From positions 1,922,671 to 1,954,670 of the forward strand of contig NZ_JBJHZY010000001.1 of the NCBI RefSeq assembly GCF_045310525.1: DNA of 32,000 nucleotides, in the 5' to 3' direction. Origin of the DNA: Candidatus Clostridium radicumherbarum. GTDB lineage: Bacteria > Bacillota > Clostridia > Clostridiales > Clostridiaceae. How positions within the stretch are numbered: the first letter of the stretch is position 1; each line of letters opens with the position of its first letter. A program made the position numbers and the translations under genes. Below are positions 1 to 8,843 of the stretch, in pieces. The notes beneath the pieces are model-generated. The model saw only the letters and a program-made list of their open reading frames with translations, did no database searches and was not told the DNA's origin.

Positions 1-1534
1 CAAGGATTTTATCTTCCATTTCTTTTAGCTCAGGTGTTATATATCTTTCTGCATTTGACAAGGTCTGTTTTCTAATATATCTGCCTTCTGGAATAAGCCC
101 TTTATTGGCATTAGTTATTTCTATATAATAACCAAAGACCTTGTTAAAGCCTACCTTTAAAGACTTGATTCCAGTTTGTTCCCTCTCGCTATTTTCAAGC
201 TGCGCGATCCATTCTTTTCCCTTAAATTTAGCTTCCCTAAGCTCATCTATTATGGAATTATAACCTTCTTTAATTATATTTCCCTCTTTAATTGAAAGAC
301 CTGGATTCTCAATTAATGCTAAATTAAGCAGTTCATATACATCTCTTAGTTCATCTAAGTTTTCATATATTTCAAGAAGCTTACTTGATTTTACGTTACT
401 TATGATTTCTTTTATAGCTGGAATATTGCCAAGTGAGTTTTTAAGGGCAACAAGTTCCTTTGCATTTACACTTTTATTAGAGACCTTTCCAACAATTCTT
501 TCCATGTCATAAATGTTTTTAAGCTCTATTTTTAAATCCTCTAATATAGATAAATTCTCTGTCAGCTCCTTAACTGAGTCTAACCTATTTTCAATGGTAA
601 TCCTATTTAATAGAGGCTGTTCTACCCATTTTCTTAAAGTCCTGCTTCCCATTGAGGTATGAGTCTTATCGATTACCCATAAAAGTGAACCTTTTTTTGT
701 TTTATCTCTTAGTGTTTCAGTTAATTCTAGATTTCTTCTAGTATTAATATCTATATTAAGATAATCACAGACATCATAATACTCTATTTTGTTAATATTG
801 GTTAAATTAAGCTTTTGTGTTTCTTGTATATAGCTAAGCAGCCCATTTGCTGCAAATTTTGAAACCAAGCTAACATTTTTATCATTTGAATTACTAAATT
901 GTTTTAGCTTCTCATGGTACCCTGCTTTAAAATACTCTTCATTTTTTTCAGAAAATATTATGCTAAATCTTTCTTCTATTTTATTTTTAAGCTGTTTGTC
1001 CATTTTTTCATCTGCTAAAATTTCTTTAGGAGAATATTTAGAAAGCTCATCTAGTACCAAGTCATAATTTTTATTAAATTCTGTGCTATAAAAGTCACCT
1101 GTAGATATATCAGCAAAACAAATTCCAATTTTATCTTCATGGACGAAAATACTCATTAGGTAATTATTTGTATTTTCTTCAAGAAAAGTTGAATCAGTAT
1201 AAGTTCCAGGGGTAACTATTTTAATTATATCTCTTTTAACTATGCCTTTAGCTAAACTTGGATCTTCTAATTGTTCACAAATAGCAACTTTAAACCCTCT
1301 ATTGACAAGTCTTCCTATATAAGAATCAGCCGCATGAAATGGAATTCCGCACATTGGAGCTCTGTTTTCAAGTCCGCAGTCTCTTCCAGTTAGTACTAGC
1401 TCCAGTTCTCTAGATGCTATTTCTGCATCTTCAAAGAACATTTCATAAAAATCACCTAATCTAAAAAATAATATACAATCCTTACATTTTTCTTTTACGA
1501 GCATATATTGCTGCATCATAGGAGTTAAAGACAT
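1..1534 (-). CDS. mutS: DNA mismatch repair protein MutS, N-terminal ~511 codons; the gene continues beyond the left edge of the window
   Basis: Absent from the ORF track because it runs off the edge. Reverse-strand translation from the ATG at 1534-1532 reads [52 protein letters not shown]...[31 protein letters not shown], the conserved MutS mismatch-binding N-terminus. AAGGAGA lies 7 nt upstream of the ATG. The frame stays open to position 1. Confidence 0.9.
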   Translation of the reverse strand, partial: MSLTPMMQQYMLVKEKCKDCILFFRLGDFYEMFFEDAEIASRELELVLTGRDCGLENRAPMCGIPFHAADSYIGRLVNRGFKVAICEQLEDPSLAKGIVKRDIIKIVTPGTYTDSTFLEENTNNYLMSIFVHEDKIGICFADISTGDFYSTEFNKNYDLVLDELSKYSPKEILADEKMDKQLKNKIEERFSIIFSEKNEEYFKAGYHEKLKQFSNSNDKNVSLVSKFAANGLLSYIQETQKLNLTNINKIEYYDVCDYLNIDINTRRNLELTETLRDKTKKGSLLWVIDKTHTSMGSRTLRKWVEQPLLNRITIENRLDSVKELTENLSILEDLKIELKNIYDMERIVGKVSNKSVNAKELVALKNSLGNIPAIKEIISNVKSSKLLEIYENLDELRDVYELLNLALIENPGLSIKEGNIIKEGYNSIIDELREAKFKGKEWIAQLENSEREQTGIKSLKVGFNKVFGYYIEITNANKGLIPEGRYIRKQTLSNAERYITPELKEMEDKIL

Positions 1535-1650
1535 CTTCGCATCTCCTTTTATATTACTTAAGTTACTATATTTTAAAAAAGCATCTTAAAAAATCAAAGT
1601 ATAATGAAAGTAAGCGAAAATATATAAAATATGTGAAATGAGCATAAAGT

Positions 1651-1783
1651 GATAGCTAGAAGTTCTTAGTGAAAGAATAGCCACAAAGTCTTAGTGTTGT
1701 TCGTTTGTTTGAACGATAGTGAGTTTTACGAAAACACTTGGCTTTGAGGCTATTCTGAACTTAGAACTTCTTTCGTAGCGATC
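1651..1783. repeat. Long imperfect inverted repeat (extended hairpin, ~45 paired positions) in the miaB-mutS intergenic region; function unknown
   Basis: Hand-paired arms: 1651-1658/1776-1783 (7 of 8), 1659-1666/1763-1770 (8 of 8), 1668-1670/1759-1761, 1674-1682/1748-1756 (9 of 9), 1684-1688/1742-1746 (5 of 5), 1693-1698/1733-1738 (6 of 6). There is a 5-nt bulge at 1771-1775. The apical region contains a small hairpin, tcgtt(1701-1705)/aacga(1712-1716). Confidence 0.6.
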
Positions 1784-1850
1784 AGCTCATGGAACGTATT
1801 TTATATATTGTAGCAAATATTCATTATCATTTATTATTAAGATTTACTTA

Positions 1851-3182
1851 TTATATTTGCTTTCCATTTAGTGAAAAGGATAAAGCTTCTGTTATTTCTA
1901 CATTTACAAGCTTTCCTATACTATTAAAGTCCCCAGTAAAGTTCACCAATTTACTAGTTCTAGTTCTGCCCATTAGCTTTGTACTGTCATTTTTACTAGT
2001 TCCTTCTACTAATACCTCCACTACTTTGCCAAGGTATTCCTTATTTTTCTTTGCACTAATTTCATTAACTACACTTACCAGCCTATTAAATCTATCATGC
2101 TTAATATCATCAGGAATTTGTTCCTCCATTTCATCCGCAGGAGTTCCCTTTCTCTTAGAATAAATAAAGGTAAAGGCTGAATCATATTCAACTTTTTTAA
2201 CTAAATCCAATGTCTCCAGAAAATCTTCTTCTGTTTCACCTGGGAAGCCAATAATTATATCAGTAGATAAAGCAACATTTGGTATAGCCTTTTTAATTCT
2301 ATTTACTAAGTTAAAGTATTGTGCTTTATCATACCGTCTATTCATTTTTTTAAGTATATTAGTGGAACCAGATTGTACAGGAAGATGTATATGCTCACAG
2401 ATCTTTTTAGACTTAGCAATAGTATTTATAACTTCCTCTGATAGGTCCTTTGGATGTGAGGTCATAAATCTTATTCTCTCTAAACCTTCAATCTTATCAA
2501 GTCTCTCAAGTAGTTTTGCAAAGCTAATATCTTCTCCCTGACCCTTACCATAAGAATTTACATTTTGACCAAGAAGGGTGATTTCCTTGTAACCTTTAGA
2601 AACCATGTCTTTAATTTCATTTTCGATGTCAGCTGCTTCCCTGCTTCTTTCTCTGCCCCTTACAAAAGGTACAATACAATAGGTACAAAAATTGTTGCAG
2701 CCATACATTATTGTTACAAAGCCTTTTATACTGCTTTCTCTGTCTACTGGTATACCTTCAACTATTTTTTCTTCCTTATTAACTATTTCTATTATGGACT
2801 TCCCTTCCTGCTTTACTCTATTTAAATACTCTGGAAACTTATATGCATTATGAGTCCCAAAAATAATATCTACAAATGGATATTTTTTAATAACGTTATC
2901 TGCAATTCCCTCCTGCTGCATCATACATCCACATACCGCTATTATTAGTCCAGGGTTTTTCTTTTTTAAATTTTTAAGTGCGCCTAGATTACCATATACC
3001 TTTAGTTCAGCATTTTCTCTAACACAGCAGGTATTAAATATTATAACGGAAGCTTCTTCCTTAATATCTGTTCTAACATAGCCTTGAGACTTTAACATAC
3101 CTGATAGCTTTTCTGAATCCTCTTCATTCATCTGGCAGCCCCAAGTTTCTATAAAATATTTTAATTTAATTATATCATTCAT
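1851..3182 (-). CDS. miaB: tRNA-2-methylthio-N6-dimethylallyladenosine synthase (radical SAM methylthiotransferase MiaB)
   Basis: 443-aa ORF. It has the N-terminal UPF0004 motif ([15 protein letters not shown]), the radical-SAM CxxxCxxC motif ([12 protein letters not shown]) and a C-terminal TRAM-like segment. The miaB-mutS order is conserved in Firmicutes. Confidence 0.93.
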   Translation of the reverse strand: MNDIIKLKYFIETWGCQMNEEDSEKLSGMLKSQGYVRTDIKEEASVIIFNTCCVRENAELKVYGNLGALKNLKKKNPGLIIAVCGCMMQQEGIADNVIKKYPFVDIIFGTHNAYKFPEYLNRVKQEGKSIIEIVNKEEKIVEGIPVDRESSIKGFVTIMYGCNNFCTYCIVPFVRGRERSREAADIENEIKDMVSKGYKEITLLGQNVNSYGKGQGEDISFAKLLERLDKIEGLERIRFMTSHPKDLSEEVINTIAKSKKICEHIHLPVQSGSTNILKKMNRRYDKAQYFNLVNRIKKAIPNVALSTDIIIGFPGETEEDFLETLDLVKKVEYDSAFTFIYSKRKGTPADEMEEQIPDDIKHDRFNRLVSVVNEISAKKNKEYLGKVVEVLVEGTSKNDSTKLMGRTRTSKLVNFTGDFNSIGKLVNVEITEALSFSLNGKQI

Positions 3183-3423
3183 CCTCTATCTCCTCAAAAA
3201 TTTATGCATTTACAATATATTTTGATAAATTTATTTATATATATTGATTATATCATTAATATTATATATAATCTGAATAACTTTTTAAAGTATTTTTTAT
3301 CCTCCTGGAAGTTCAATAAATAATGTTTAATTGGTAAATATTGTGAAGGATTTATTTCAAGAATTGTTAGAAATATAATTAATTTTTTAACAATTGAAAT
3401 TTTAAAAACATTCTAAATTATTA

Positions 3424-3452
3424 TTGAAACTATAACTTCATATTTGATATAA
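3424..3452 (+). promoter_or_regulatory. Putative sigma-A promoter for the aminotransferase gene (TTGAAA, 17-nt spacer, extended -10 TGaTATAAT)
   Basis: ttgaaa at 3424-3429 and tataat at 3447-3452, preceded by tg at 3444-3445. It lies ~60 nt upstream of the ATG at 3513. Confidence 0.5.
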
Positions 3453-3512
3453 TGATTGTAAGGGGATTAAACTAAATAAATTTTAACATACTAAACTTTG
3501 GGGGGTACCAAT

Positions 3513-4697
3513 ATGAATTTATGCTATGCAGAAAGAACTTCAAGTATAAAAGCTTCAGAAATTAGAGAACTCTTAAAATTAACAGAAATGCCTGATATCA
3601 TTTCATTTGCTGGTGGACTTCCAGCACCAGAATTGTTCCCTATTGAGAAACTTGAAAGCATTACAACTAGAGTGCTTAGAGAAGATGGCCGCGCAGCACT
3701 GCAATACAGCACTACTGAAGGTTATGCTCCATTAAGAGAAATAATTGCAAAGCAAAGAATGCCAAAGGCAAGAGTAAAAGCTACACTAGATAATATAATG
3801 ATTACTAGTGGTTCACAACAGGGTTTGGAATTTTCAGCAAAGATCTTTATTAATGAAGGTGACGTTATTATTTGTGAAAGTCCAAGTTATTTAGGAGCTT
3901 TAAATGCATTTAAGGCTTATCAGCCTAAATTTGTTGAAATTCCAATGGATGATGACGGCATGATTGTTACTGAACTTGAAAAGGCTTTAGAAGAAAATCC
4001 TAAAGCTAAAATGATTTATACAATACCTGATTTTCAAAACCCTAGTGGCAAAACAATGTCTATTGAGCGAAGAAAGCGTGTTGCTGAGCTTGCTAAGATA
4101 TATAATATTCCCGTTATTGAAGATTGTCCTTATGGAGAACTTACCTTTGAAGGAGAACAATATCCATCTATAAAGAGTTTTGATGAAGATGGGTATGTAA
4201 TATATTTAGGAACTTTTTCTAAAACTTTCTGTCCAGGGCTTAGAATTGGCTGGGTTTGTGCAGATATTGAAATTCTACAAAAATATATAATAGTAAAGCA
4301 AGGAGCAGATCTTCAATGCAGCAGCATAGCTCAAAGAGAAACTGCACTTTATATGCAGACTTATGATTTAGATGAGCATATAGCAAATATTAGGTCAATC
4401 TATAAAACAAGAAGAGATGTTATGCTTGATTCTATTGAAAAATACTTCCCAAAGGATGTAATTTTCACAAGACCTAAAGGCGGATTATTTACATGGGTTG
4501 AATTAAGAGAGGATTTAGACGCTGCAATAATATTAAAAGACGCCTTAGAAGAAAAGGTAGCTTATGTACCTGGCAGTTCATTCTATGCAAATGGTGACAG
4601 AGCAAATCATTTTAGATTAAATTACTCCTGCATGAACGAGAATCTCACCCTTGAAGGTATAAAAAGATTAGGTAGTGTCTTGAAAAAACATTATTAA
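3513..4697 (+). CDS. PLP-dependent class I/II aminotransferase (ARO8/LysN/2-aminoadipate-type family)
   Basis: ORF-track entry 3498..4697 starts at a TTG. I prefer the ATG at 3513, which follows a GGGGGG Shine-Dalgarno (SD) sequence. Motifs: SFAGGLPAPELFP near the N-terminus, ITSGSQQG, and the PLP-lysine context GTFSKTFCPGLRIGW. Confidence 0.85.
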   Translation: MNLCYAERTSSIKASEIRELLKLTEMPDIISFAGGLPAPELFPIEKLESITTRVLREDGRAALQYSTTEGYAPLREIIAKQRMPKARVKATLDNIMITSGSQQGLEFSAKIFINEGDVIICESPSYLGALNAFKAYQPKFVEIPMDDDGMIVTELEKALEENPKAKMIYTIPDFQNPSGKTMSIERRKRVAELAKIYNIPVIEDCPYGELTFEGEQYPSIKSFDEDGYVIYLGTFSKTFCPGLRIGWVCADIEILQKYIIVKQGADLQCSSIAQRETALYMQTYDLDEHIANIRSIYKTRRDVMLDSIEKYFPKDVIFTRPKGGLFTWVELREDLDAAIILKDALEEKVAYVPGSSFYANGDRANHFRLNYSCMNENLTLEGIKRLGSVLKKHY

Positions 4698-4714
4698 GCA
4701 TTATTTATTAAAAG

Positions 4715-4762
4715 GCCACCCCAGTAACAAAGATTAAATTTATCTAATGTCACTAGGGTGGC
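4715..4762. terminator. Bidirectional rho-independent terminator between the convergent aminotransferase and GNAT genes
   Basis: gccaccc (4715-4721) pairs with gggtggc (4756-4762), with further inner pairs (agt/act, aca/tgt). The hairpin has T-rich tracts on both sides. Confidence 0.55.
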
Positions 4763-4766
4763 TCAT

Positions 4767-5636
4767 TTATTTATTATATTCCCAGGTAAAAGTCTCGCCT
4801 ATTACTTCAAAACCAAGCTTACTGTACATTTTTATAGCTGTTAAATTATCAGAAGATACCTTTAAGTTTACTTCCTTATATCCATTTTTTATTAATAAGT
4901 TCAATAAATACTTCATTAATAAGCTGCCTAGCCCTTTTCCCCTAAACTCTTTTAATATTCCTACATTCACAATTGTTGGCACATTATCGATTAATATAAT
5001 TTGTCCATAACCTGCATATTCCTTATTGTATTTAGCAAATACTGCACCTTCTTCATAATAATAGCTCTGATATTCATCATACAGCATGTCATCAATGGTT
5101 AAAGGCATTCTATCATCATTTCTAAATACATCATTTTGAATATTACATCTTAATTCTTCTTGTTTTCCTTTTCGTAAAGCTTCAAATTCCACTTGTTTTT
5201 CAGGAAAGGTGTAGTTTAAATTATTAAGAGACATTTTCATATTTAAGGTACCCTTGCTTTTTTTAAAACCGATTTCAGTTAACACTTCAAAGTTATTTAT
5301 GTTTTTTCTGCAATTATATATAAATTTATTACCCTTAAAAGAATTAAGAAGCAATCTATACTTATTTATTATATCCTCATTTCCATATACATACATAGAA
5401 TTAATTATAAGTCTTCCATCTTCATTTTTAAAGGCCCATAAATAACCGTGTACCTTATTATTTTCTCTAATTATCCTCACCTTATTATGTATTAAAAGTT
5501 GTTTAAAAAAATTTAGCTCTTTGTAGTAATCCATAAAGTCTTCATTTAGTAAGTTAAATCTTAGTCTGTTGTCATTTATAAAAGTAAGATCTTTTAAGTA
5601 TGTTTTATTAAATCCAATACATTCATACATATACAA
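4767..5636 (-). CDS. GNAT-family N-acetyltransferase, apparently two-domain (degenerate N-terminal GNAT-like half plus canonical C-terminal GNAT)
   Basis: 289 aa. The C-terminal half carries the acetyl-CoA motif ILKEFRGKGLGSLLMKYLL and the ...MYSKLGFEV signature. The N-terminal half has a GNAT-like beta/alpha pattern but no R/QxxGxG/A motif. Confidence 0.75.
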   Translation of the reverse strand: MYMYECIGFNKTYLKDLTFINDNRLRFNLLNEDFMDYYKELNFFKQLLIHNKVRIIRENNKVHGYLWAFKNEDGRLIINSMYVYGNEDIINKYRLLLNSFKGNKFIYNCRKNINNFEVLTEIGFKKSKGTLNMKMSLNNLNYTFPEKQVEFEALRKGKQEELRCNIQNDVFRNDDRMPLTIDDMLYDEYQSYYYEEGAVFAKYNKEYAGYGQIILIDNVPTIVNVGILKEFRGKGLGSLLMKYLLNLLIKNGYKEVNLKVSSDNLTAIKMYSKLGFEVIGETFTWEYNK

Positions 5637-5718
5637 ATCCTCTTTAACTTCACTACTTCTTATTAATAATTAATTATATTATTTTTTAATTTAGTTATGC
5701 TTCAATTTTTAACATATT

Positions 5719-5785
5719 AAAAATAATGTTGATTGACAGTTTATTAGAAATTTTTCAGAGTAAACTGTATATCAACATTATTTTT
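5719..5785 (-). terminator. Rho-independent terminator downstream of the ispH::S1 gene
   Basis: aaaaataatgttgat (5719-5733) is perfectly complementary to atcaacattattttt (5771-5785). An inner stem pairs acagttta (5736-5743) with taaactgt (5761-5768). A/T runs flank both sides. Confidence 0.7.
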
Positions 5786-5811
5786 AGATAACTATAGCCT
5801 AAGTTAAAATT

Positions 5812-7722
5812 TTAAACTTCTTCAGCTTCTTTAATGCTTAAGCCTATTTTTCTTGTTTCTTTATCTACATCTACAATTTTAGCTTTAATTTGTTCTCCAA
5901 TTTTTAATACATCAGAAGGCTTATTAATTCTATCATGACTAATTTGGGATATATGTACTAAGGCATCAACTCCTGGTTCTAGTTCCACAAAAGCTCCAAA
6001 ATTAGCAAATCTAACTACCTTCCCTAACACTATAGTTCCTACTGGATATTTTTCTTCAACGTTTTCCCAAGGATTTTCAGTAAGTTTTTTAATACTTAAG
6101 GATAACTTCTTTTCTTCTTTATTAGCATCTACAATTAATACTTCTACCTTCTGTCCAACCTTAAGAACATTAGCTGGTTTATCTACCTTTCCCCATGAAA
6201 TTTCAGAAACATGAAGCAAACCATCTATTCCATTAACATCAATGAAAGCTCCAAATTGAGTTAGTCTTTTTACTTCACCAACTACTTTATCTCCTACGTT
6301 AATTGTTTTCCAAGCTTCTTCTTCCATTATATTTCGTTGAACTTTTAATATTTCACGTCTTGAACCAACAATTCTAGTATTTCTTCTTTCAGTTTTTAAT
6401 TCTATTATCTTTATTTCGATTTCATTACCTATAAAACGCTCTAAATTATCTACATGGAATAATTCAATATGTGAAGCTGGTATAAATATTCTTACACCTT
6501 TATAACTTCCTATTAATCCACCAGTAACAGCTGATTTTACAATTACTTTTAGATTTGATCCATCTTCAAAAGCTTGTTTAACATCTTTAAAAGATTGTTC
6601 TCTTTCTATTTCAGTTTTAGATAAAACTACATATCCATCTGAATTATTTCTATTAATGACCTTTACTTCCACTTCATCTCCAGCCTTTAATACATCAATT
6701 AGGCTTACATTGCTTTCCTTAGTAACTTCTTCCTTTGGAAGTAAACCATCTGATTTATAGCCTATATTAACATAAGCTTCTTTTTCATTCACTGAAATAA
6801 TAGTTCCTTTTACAACCTTTCCTACATAAATATGATTTTCATTTTGCTGCATAAATGCTAATTGTTCATTTACCTCATTATTCATTTCACTCATTTTATT
6901 AATTGCCTCCTTTATTATCCAATCAGGTGTTGAAGCTCCTGCTGTAACACCTATAGTATTGATATTTTTCCCAAGAAAATATTCCTTAGGTATTTCATTC
7001 CAATTCTCAACATGTATTGTATTGACGCAATATTTCTTGCATATTTCATAAAGCTTTGTAGTATTAGAACTATTATAGCCACCAAGTACAACCATCATGT
7101 CTACTTTCTTCGATAATTCTTCTACACTTTTTTGTCTCTCTTCTGTAGCATTACAAATTGTGTTGAAAGCCATAATTTCTTTACAATTCTTAAGTATATA
7201 CTCTATTACATTCTCCCAATTCTCTTGTTTTTCTGTAGTTTGTGATACTACACAAACCTTTCTTGGAAGCTTACCTAGTTCCTCTTTAGTTTTAGCAATA
7301 ATAGCTGTATTATTACACCAACCATTTATACCTATAACTTCAGGATGATTCTTATCTCCTACAATTACAATCGTAAAGCCTTTATCATAATATTCCTTAA
7401 CTTTAAGTTGAATATTTGATACATAAGGACAAGTAGCATTAATTATATGTAGTCCTATTTCTTCAAGCTTTTTAAAGGTTTCAGGCGAAACACCATGTGA
7501 ACGGATTATAATTACATCACCATTTTTTAACTCATTAATAGTATTTTCATCTACTGAATATATATCATTTTCTTCTAAAAACTTCACAACATCATTGTTA
7601 TGAATTAACGGTCCTAAAGTGAATATTCTCTTATTATATTCCTTTTTGACCTTAATGGCCTCATCCACTGCCCTTTTAACTCCAAAGCAAAAGCCTGCCT
7701 TTTCTGCTAAAATAACTTTCAT
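5812..7722 (-). CDS. ispH: Bifunctional 4-hydroxy-3-methylbut-2-enyl diphosphate reductase (IspH/LytB) fused to a four-repeat S1 RNA-binding (ribosomal protein S1-like) domain
   Basis: 636 aa. The N-terminal ~285 aa are IspH-like (MKVILAEKAGFCFGVKRAV, SHGV, CPYV, VVSQTT, GASTPDW). The C-terminal ~350 aa contain four S1 repeats, for example GDKVVGEVKRLTQFGAFIDV and GTIVLGKVVRFANFGAFVEL. The gene sits directly downstream of cmk, the usual rpsA position. Confidence 0.9.
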   Translation of the reverse strand: MKVILAEKAGFCFGVKRAVDEAIKVKKEYNKRIFTLGPLIHNNDVVKFLEENDIYSVDENTINELKNGDVIIIRSHGVSPETFKKLEEIGLHIINATCPYVSNIQLKVKEYYDKGFTIVIVGDKNHPEVIGINGWCNNTAIIAKTKEELGKLPRKVCVVSQTTEKQENWENVIEYILKNCKEIMAFNTICNATEERQKSVEELSKKVDMMVVLGGYNSSNTTKLYEICKKYCVNTIHVENWNEIPKEYFLGKNINTIGVTAGASTPDWIIKEAINKMSEMNNEVNEQLAFMQQNENHIYVGKVVKGTIISVNEKEAYVNIGYKSDGLLPKEEVTKESNVSLIDVLKAGDEVEVKVINRNNSDGYVVLSKTEIEREQSFKDVKQAFEDGSNLKVIVKSAVTGGLIGSYKGVRIFIPASHIELFHVDNLERFIGNEIEIKIIELKTERRNTRIVGSRREILKVQRNIMEEEAWKTINVGDKVVGEVKRLTQFGAFIDVNGIDGLLHVSEISWGKVDKPANVLKVGQKVEVLIVDANKEEKKLSLSIKKLTENPWENVEEKYPVGTIVLGKVVRFANFGAFVELEPGVDALVHISQISHDRINKPSDVLKIGEQIKAKIVDVDKETRKIGLSIKEAEEV

Positions 7723-7730
7723 ATTATTAC

Positions 7731-8408
7731 TTAACTCTCCTCCTTTTTATTTCCTTCCAAAAAGCTTACAATATATTGTGACATTTTATCAACTACTTCA
7801 TCAATACACATAAAAGAAGAATCTATTTCAATTGCATCCTCTGCTTTTCTTAAGGGATCAGTTTCTCTATGTGAATCTATGTAATCTCTTTTAATTATAT
7901 CATTTAATATTTCATTAAAATCTACAATTATATCTTTCTCCATGAGTTCAGAGTACCTTCTCTTAGCTCTTTCTTCTGCAGAAGCAGTCAAAAAGAACTT
8001 AATGGGAGCATTTTTTAAAACCACTGTTCCAATGTCTCTTCCATCCATTACTACTGAGTACTTTTCTGCTATTTTTTGCTGAAGAGCTACAAGCTTGTGC
8101 CTAACTTCTGGAATAGCAGCATAGTTAGAAACGTTCTTGCTTATTAAAGGCAGATTTATTTCACTGTTTATATTTTCTCCATTGAGAATCAAGCTTTCAT
8201 TTTGAAAATGCATTTCTAAATTATTCATTAGCTCCACTAAACTATCTTTTTCCTTGTAAGAAATGTTTTCATCTAAGGCTTTAAAAGTAACTGCTCTATA
8301 CATAGCTCCAGTATTTATATACATTAAGCCAAATTTGTGAGCAACAATTTTAGCAATTGTACTCTTTCCTGCACCTGCTGGACCATCTATAGCTACTGAG
8401 AAATTCAA
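7731..8408 (-). CDS. cmk: Cytidylate kinase (TTG start)
   Basis: 225 aa. P-loop AIDGPAGAGKST, followed by the MDGRDIGT motif. AGAGGT SD sequence 7 nt upstream of the TTG start. Confidence 0.92.
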   Translation of the reverse strand: MNFSVAIDGPAGAGKSTIAKIVAHKFGLMYINTGAMYRAVTFKALDENISYKEKDSLVELMNNLEMHFQNESLILNGENINSEINLPLISKNVSNYAAIPEVRHKLVALQQKIAEKYSVVMDGRDIGTVVLKNAPIKFFLTASAEERAKRRYSELMEKDIIVDFNEILNDIIKRDYIDSHRETDPLRKAEDAIEIDSSFMCIDEVVDKMSQYIVSFLEGNKKEES

Positions 8409-8486
8409 TATTACGACCTCTTTTCAAAAATTAAATTAAGCCACTTTATTATATTCTATAAAAGATATTAAAATCCTTTAAGATTT

Positions 8487-8843
8487 TTAATTTATCAAAT
8501 CTTGTCTAAGGATTTTTGCATTGTTTAAATATATATATTTTATTTCCTTATTCTTATCAATGTTAACATGTAGCATCACCCTAATGCATTTTTTTAGACT
8601 ATTATTAACATCCATCTCATTAAAATGCATTATTGCAACTTTATTGAGCTCAAAGTGCTCTCTTATATATTTCCCTGGATAGGTGCTTTTAATATCCCCT
8701 GTACAGGAAAATATAATAGAAATAATATCTTTTGTTTCTATATCATTTTCTTTAATAATTTCATTAAATAATTCTATAGCAGCTTCTCTTACTTCATCTA
8801 TATTGTCCTCATTTATCGTAGTTGCGCCTCTTATAGCGATCAT
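8487..8843 (-). CDS. aroH: Chorismate mutase, AroH class
   Basis: 118 aa. IRGATT near the N-terminus and the LKKCIRVM motif closely parallel Bacillus subtilis AroH. The start overlaps the upstream stop codon (TAATG). Confidence 0.9.
   Translation of the reverse strand: MIAIRGATTINEDNIDEVREAAIELFNEIIKENDIETKDIISIIFSCTGDIKSTYPGKYIREHFELNKVAIMHFNEMDVNNSLKKCIRVMLHVNIDKNKEIKYIYLNNAKILRQDLIN

Noticed and set aside
1789-2163. Plus-strand ORFs in the track that lie antisense to long minus-strand genes: 1789..2163, 2565..2825, 7097..7348, 9402..9608, 9642..9893, 16280..16956 group, 18797..19258, 19887..20168, 26471..26770, 26868..27113, 29998..30189, 30248..30694, 30830..31084, 31112..31474. The equivalent minus-strand ORFs 3524..3712 and 25796..25981 belong to the same class.
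   Set aside because: Each lies wholly inside a gene on the opposite strand that has strong, family-specific motifs. Their translations are low-complexity (Ser/Leu/Phe/Ile-rich), with no recognisable domain and no convincing RBS. They are typical shadow ORFs.
3498-3512. Upstream alternative starts proposed by the ORF track: TTG at 3498 for the aminotransferase, GTG at 25731 for hxlR, ATG at 19668 for fdhA, and ATG at 12674 for rpiR
   Set aside because: In each case a downstream ATG has a better-spaced Shine-Dalgarno sequence and gives an N-terminus of family-typical length. The upstream starts cannot be excluded without proteomic or 5'-end data.
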